Shown here: positions 6,961 through 10,644 of the stretch, one piece after another
How the letters are laid out: each line of letters begins with the position of its first letter
How positions within the stretch are numbered: position 1 is the stretch's first letter
Assembly: GCA_965369615.1 (NCBI GenBank)
Contig: CBDUQV010000054.1
Location: 1 to 10,644, forward strand
Length of the DNA: 10,644 nt
Source of the DNA: an uncultured bacterium
GTDB taxonomy: Bacteria; Hydrothermota; E44-bin80
Reading direction: 5' to 3'
Position numbers and translations under genes: made by a program
Notes under the pieces: generated by a model
Seen by the model: only the letters and a program-made list of their open reading frames with translations
Told to the model about the DNA's origin: nothing
The model's database searches: none

Positions 6961-8115
6961 ATGGCAAAATTCTTTGAAGTAATAGAATACTTTGATGAAA
7001 CCGGTGAAGAGATGGTGCACCGCATTCCTCAAGAGGGTTCAGGGGAGACCCAGCTTGGAAGCCAGCTGGTTGTCAGAGAAAGCCAATATGCTGTGTTCTT
7101 CAGAGATGGAAAGGCACTTGATGTCTTTGGACCCGGAAGGCATAGCTTAACAACGCTCAACCTGCCAATACTGCGGAGAATCATTGGCGCAGCTTTTGAT
7201 GGAAAAAGTCCCTTCAGAGTTGAAGTTTACTATGTAAACGCACGGGTTTTCACCAACTCAAAATGGGGAACTCAAGAGCCAATTCCATTTCGGGATAGCG
7301 AATTGCACATGGTAAGGCTTCGCGCATTTGGAACATACAGTGAACGCATTATTGAACCACAGTTGTTCCTCAACAAGATAGTTGGAACCCAGGGAATGTT
7401 TCGTAGAATTGATGTTGAGGATTTCCTGAGGAGTATGATTGTAGCACGACTCACTGATTTTCTTGGTGAAAATCTAACCAGTATCTTCGATCTTCCACAA
7501 CATTACGATGAAATTTCTGCTGGCACAAAGGCGCGCATCCAGGATGACTTCTCGAAATACGGACTTGAGTTGGTTGATTTTTATATCAATGCAATTACAC
7601 CACCTCCTGATGTTCAGGAAATGATAGATCAAAGGTCTGGTATGGGTGCGGTGGGTGACCTCGGGCGATTCACACAATTCTCCGCTGCGCGAGCCCTGCG
7701 TGATGCTGCGCGAGGGGCAGGTGGAGAAGGAGGTGCTGGCGGCACAGCAGGAGCCGGTCTCGGTCTGGGTGCTGGGCTTGGTATGGGAATGATGATGCCC
7801 GGTATGATCTCTCAGGCTTATCAGCAGGCTGGTACATCGATCAAGTGTCAAAAATGCGGCACAGCGAACCCCTCACATGCAAAATTTTGTTCCGCTTGCG
7901 GTGAAAAGCTCGAAATTGGAACGGTTACGTGTCCAAAATGTAAGCAGAATGCACCTCTTGGCAGTCAATTTTGCCCAAATTGCGGAACATCGCTTGTCAC
8001 AAAAACAATGAAGTGCTCGAAATGCGGCAAAGATATACCTGAAGGCTCACAATTCTGTCCTGATTGCGGCACCAGCCAATCAGCGACTGAACAGCCAGAA
8101 GAAAAAGCCAAATAG
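6961..8115 (+). CDS. SPFH/band-7 (stomatin-prohibitin-flotillin-HflK/C) domain protein without TM helix, fused through a Gly-rich linker to three C-terminal zinc ribbons (COG4260 / YdjI-like), 384 aa
   Basis: Band-7 hallmark segments: VVRESQYAVFFRDGKALDVFGPGRHSL, EVYYVNARVFTNSKWGTQEPIPFRD, and GLELVDFYINAITPPPDVQEMIDQ (compare stomatin/HflK GIEVVDVRIKDIDLPEEVQRAM). Low-complexity linker GAGGEGGAGGTAGAGLGLGAGLGMGMMMPGM (aa 249-282). Three ribbons: CQKCG...FCSACG, CPKCK...FCPNCG, CSKCG...FCPDCG (aa 296-370). Confidence 0.85.
   Translation: MAKFFEVIEYFDETGEEMVHRIPQEGSGETQLGSQLVVRESQYAVFFRDGKALDVFGPGRHSLTTLNLPILRRIIGAAFDGKSPFRVEVYYVNARVFTNSKWGTQEPIPFRDSELHMVRLRAFGTYSERIIEPQLFLNKIVGTQGMFRRIDVEDFLRSMIVARLTDFLGENLTSIFDLPQHYDEISAGTKARIQDDFSKYGLELVDFYINAITPPPDVQEMIDQRSGMGAVGDLGRFTQFSAARALRDAARGAGGEGGAGGTAGAGLGLGAGLGMGMMMPGMISQAYQQAGTSIKCQKCGTANPSHAKFCSACGEKLEIGTVTCPKCKQNAPLGSQFCPNCGTSLVTKTMKCSKCGKDIPEGSQFCPDCGTSQSATEQPEEKAK
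7705..7806 (+). other. Gly/Ala-rich flexible linker coding segment with a local GC spike inside the SPFH gene
   Basis: Codons ggg gca ggt gga gaa gga ggt gct ggc ggc aca gca gga gcc ggt ctc ggt ctg ggt gct ggg ctt ggt atg gga atg atg atg ccc ggt atg. GC content here is far above the rest of the window. This explains the spurious antisense ORF 7474-7851. Confidence 0.7.
7846..8070 (+). repeat. Three tandem zinc-ribbon (double-zinc-ribbon / DZR-like) modules, each about 21-26 codons, with the recurring motif SQFCP(N/D)CG
   Basis: Protein-level tandem repeat with partial DNA identity (ttttgttccgcttgcggt / ttttgcccaaattgcgga / ttctgtcctgattgcggc). Cys pairs spaced C-x2-C-x9-11-C-x2-C. Confidence 0.75.
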
Positions 8116-8179
8116 AGAGATCGCTTCACTTCAAGATAAGTAGGAAACCTCTTATTCGAAATAGAATATTGGAACTATT

Positions 8180-8695
8180 GTGGTAAAGAAACTCCTTCCC
8201 ATTCTAATCCTTACTCTTCTTTTTGCTTTTAAACTTCATGCGTTTACATTTTCAAGTACCACGGGCTTTGCCATTCCTGTTGGAAGCTGGGCAAATCAAC
8301 ACAGTTCATCTCCCTTCATTTCTGTTGGGTCCGTCCTTATACGAAAAAACTTTGCATCTTTTGGAATTTCCATTGATCTCTTCTCCTTTTCCGGAAAACT
8401 CAATGAGAGCTATCACCTTCAAATTGTCTCTCCAGGCACCTGCATCAATTTCTACCCGCTCTTTTTCGCCAATAATCACACTCTTATACTAAAAGAAACA
8501 CTGTCATACGGTATTATGCAAAGAAAATTGCATGATTCATTCGAGAAAGGAAAGGATTTTGCACTTCTATCGGCAGTTGGTGCAGAATTCGAGCTCGGAG
8601 AAAACTGGTTCATTTCCTCTTATATCGGTGACAACCATTATGCCGGTGGTATGGATATGTTTATTTTTTGCTTTGGCATTGAATTCAGAAAATGA
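8180..8695 (+). CDS. Small secreted beta-barrel outer-membrane-type protein (OmpX/OmpA-TM/opacity-like 8-strand barrel class), 171 aa
   Basis: GTG start. N-terminal signal peptide MVKKLLPILILTLLFAFKLHA-FT. Alternating hydrophobic/polar beta-strand pattern and aromatic-rich content. C-terminal ...FGIEFRK with Phe close to the terminus. Weak SD (ggaa). Confidence 0.65.
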   Translation: MVKKLLPILILTLLFAFKLHAFTFSSTTGFAIPVGSWANQHSSSPFISVGSVLIRKNFASFGISIDLFSFSGKLNESYHLQIVSPGTCINFYPLFFANNHTLILKETLSYGIMQRKLHDSFEKGKDFALLSAVGAEFELGENWFISSYIGDNHYAGGMDMFIFCFGIEFRK

Positions 8696-9351
8696 AACAG
8701 ATAATTGCATTGGCAATTTTATTGTGCTTACTCTTTTCCTGCGATAACCCGTTCACGGCTCGCATAACGAATGATTTCATCCCTATTGATATAACAGGGA
8801 ATTTCTGGATATACAAAAACAACAATGATAGCGAGAAATACCTTGAAGTAAAAGAAAACACAAATAATCTTATATTCGACGGAAGGGAAGCAATTATAGT
8901 CGAAGAGAACTATGCAGAAACATACTGGTTTAAAGGTGAAGGTTTCGTATCACGGCACAAACAGGTACAGATAAACTTCAACGGGCAATTATTCACCATT
9001 GAGGAACGATGGCAGCATTACATTGAAATACCAATGGTCGTTGGAAACTCATGGGAGGATGCATGGAGAGATACGATTGATTTTCTCAATGAACCGCTTT
9101 ACTATGTAAGTATATTGCAGGGTTCTGTTGTAGCTATCGAAGCAGTTGATACGCAGGCCGGAGAGTTTGACAATTGCTACAAGCTACATTTCAACCGTAT
9201 CGAAGAAATTCGCTCAAGTATCCTTGGTGATAGCGTTTCAGAGACATGCCACTTCGAATGGTATGCACCTGGTGTCGGCTTGGTTCAATCAACTCAGGAC
9301 GATCAAGACTGGAAATTGATTGACTACGGAAATAATGAAGAAGGGGATTAG
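8692..9351 (+). CDS. Lipoprotein of unknown function, 219 aa (signal peptide MKQIIALAILLCLLFSC, lipobox LFSC, Asp at +2)
   Basis: The ATG at 8692 overlaps the stop of the upstream gene (ATGA). Classic lipobox L-F-S-C followed by DNPF. Mature part is hydrophilic and rich in W/Y/E/N. Confidence 0.75.
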   Translation: MKQIIALAILLCLLFSCDNPFTARITNDFIPIDITGNFWIYKNNNDSEKYLEVKENTNNLIFDGREAIIVEENYAETYWFKGEGFVSRHKQVQINFNGQLFTIEERWQHYIEIPMVVGNSWEDAWRDTIDFLNEPLYYVSILQGSVVAIEAVDTQAGEFDNCYKLHFNRIEEIRSSILGDSVSETCHFEWYAPGVGLVQSTQDDQDWKLIDYGNNEEGD

Positions 9352-9353
9352 AT

Positions 9354-10631
9354 GTGTACAATAAAGATATCCTTGGGCTGGCAATATTCATCCTTTCCTT
9401 CATTTTCATATCTTTCTTTCACAACAGAAAAACAATAATCCTCTGGGCAGGTGTCCTGCTCCTTTTTATTTTCCGCCTTACTTCATTCGGTAGCGCAGTA
9501 AACGTAATCAACTGGAATGTTATTGGCATCTTCTGGGGCACTGCTATTGTTGCTGAAGTTTTCATCATATCAAACGTTCCATCCCTGGTCGCGAATAAAC
9601 TTGTCTCAAAGACAAAAACTGTTGGGATCGCCATTCTTGCTGTGTCCGCGTTCAGCGGATTTATTTCCGCTTTCTGTGAAAATGTGGCAACGGTCATGAT
9701 AGTTGCTCCCATTGCATTCGAGATAGCAAGGAAACTGAAGGTCTCCCCCGTTCCCTTTTTAATTGCAATTGCCATCAGTTCAAACCTTCAGGGTGCTGCA
9801 ACTCTCATTGGAGATCCACCCAGCATGATACTCGCAGGTCTTCTCAACATGAACTTCAACAACTTTTTCTTCCTCAACGGCAAACCGGGAATCTTCTTTG
9901 CTATTGAACTCGGAGCACTCGCATCTCTTTTTGTGCTCTATCTTGCATTTAGAAGTTTCAGACAAAAAACAGGATTTTTCGAAGGTCAGGATGTCAGGAC
10001 CTGGGTTCCCACCATTATTCTCATACTGATGACATTGGCGCTTATAAGCATATCAATATTCGGATTCGATTTCAATAAATTTGGAGGAATTGTATCGGTA
10101 ATATTCGGCTTCATTGCCATTACATGGTATGAAACCTTCTACAAAACAAAAGATAAGCGTTTTGCATTACTGATACGATTTGACTGGGATACACTCTTCT
10201 TCCTCCTTGCCATTTTTATTCTCGTTGGTATGCTTACAGAACGTGGCATCGTTGATAAAATGGCTCAAATTATTCAAAACGTAACCGGAACAAATACATT
10301 TCTTACATTCATTGTTCTTGTCTGGGTTTCTGTTTTCCTTTCTGCGTTTATCGATAATGTTCCCTACGTGACAGCAATGCTTCCGGTGGGAATCATCATC
10401 TCAAACCACCTTGGTATTGAGTCGTATCTTCTCTGCTTTGGTATAGTTATTGGTGCTTCCATTGGTGGCAATATAACGCCATTTGGTGCAGCAGCAAATA
10501 TCGTTGCTGTTGGCATGCTCAAAAAGCGAAAATTCAAGGTGACTTTCGCAGATTTTCTCAAGCTCGGCCTTCCATTTACCATCGTCGCCACCCTCGTTGC
10601 CACCTTCTTTATCTGGTTTTTCTGGAAATAG
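9354..10631 (+). CDS. Ion-transporter (IT) superfamily permease, ArsB/NhaD/CitMHS-like, 425 aa, about 10-12 TM segments
   Basis: GTG start 2 nt after the lipoprotein stop, with AAGGGG 8 nt upstream. Highly hydrophobic throughout. Two hairpin-like motifs typical of IT-superfamily transporters: AISSNLQGAATLIGDPPSMILAG and GASIGGNITPFGAAANIVAVGML. Ends at 10631, so it is complete. Confidence 0.8.
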   Translation: MYNKDILGLAIFILSFIFISFFHNRKTIILWAGVLLLFIFRLTSFGSAVNVINWNVIGIFWGTAIVAEVFIISNVPSLVANKLVSKTKTVGIAILAVSAFSGFISAFCENVATVMIVAPIAFEIARKLKVSPVPFLIAIAISSNLQGAATLIGDPPSMILAGLLNMNFNNFFFLNGKPGIFFAIELGALASLFVLYLAFRSFRQKTGFFEGQDVRTWVPTIILILMTLALISISIFGFDFNKFGGIVSVIFGFIAITWYETFYKTKDKRFALLIRFDWDTLFFLLAIFILVGMLTERGIVDKMAQIIQNVTGTNTFLTFIVLVWVSVFLSAFIDNVPYVTAMLPVGIIISNHLGIESYLLCFGIVIGASIGGNITPFGAAANIVAVGMLKKRKFKVTFADFLKLGLPFTIVATLVATFFIWFFWK

Positions 10632-10644
10632 TTTTGCGTGTAGG

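Noticed and set aside
7474-7851. 125-aa antisense ORF across the SPFH gene
   Set aside because: It coincides with the GC-rich Gly-linker coding stretch, where stop codons are rare on all frames. The Cys/His/Thr/Ser-rich peptide has no start context.
8130-8179. Promoter for the barrel-lipoprotein-permease genes
   Set aside because: Only a -10-like TAGAAT (8162-8167) lies 12 nt before the GTG. No acceptable -35 sits at 16-18-nt spacing. Read-through from the 6392 promoter is favoured instead.
8223-8747. Alternative-frame ORFs (89 aa and 71 aa) overlapping the beta-barrel gene
   Set aside because: The main frame gives a textbook signal peptide and beta-barrel pattern, and the alternative frames give no coherent protein features.
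9191-10603. Minus-strand ORFs (72, 118, 61 and 79 aa) opposite the lipoprotein and permease genes
   Set aside because: They are antisense to a continuous polytopic membrane protein ORF and have no translation signals.

Overview
This is an AT-rich bacterial window in which every confident gene is on the + strand. The cell appears to be diderm, since it encodes an outer-membrane-type beta-barrel and a lipoprotein, and it uses Shine-Dalgarno sites. The window begins with the last 113 nt of an unidentified upstream gene. Next comes an overlapping addB-addA recombination-repair operon (121-6293): AddB with an iron-staple PD-(D/E)XK nuclease domain, then AddA, a UvrD-type helicase with a C-terminal RecB-type nuclease. 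A 147-nt intergenic region follows, carrying a near-consensus sigma70-like promoter (TTGACA-17-TAATAA) and an AGGAGG ribosome-binding site. These drive a tightly coupled two-gene cassette (6441-8115). Its first gene encodes a 172-aa soluble, probably helical protein with no recognisable family. Its second encodes an SPFH/band-7 (stomatin-prohibitin-flotillin-HflK/C) protein that has no transmembrane segment and is fused, through a Gly-rich, GC-rich linker, to three tandem CxxC...CxxC zinc ribbons. It resembles COG4260/YdjI, the SPFH partner of the phage-shock (PspA) response. This cassette is the most likely candidate for an uncharacterised membrane-stress or defence-type module. No terminator separates it from the next three genes (8180-10631): a small signal-peptide beta-barrel protein, a lipoprotein with lipobox LFSC, and a 425-aa ion-transporter-superfamily (ArsB/NhaD/CitMHS-like) permease. 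These three have overlapping or abutting junctions, which suggests a trans-envelope operon. Antisense and internal ORFs in the six-frame track look like shadows of the long + strand genes.
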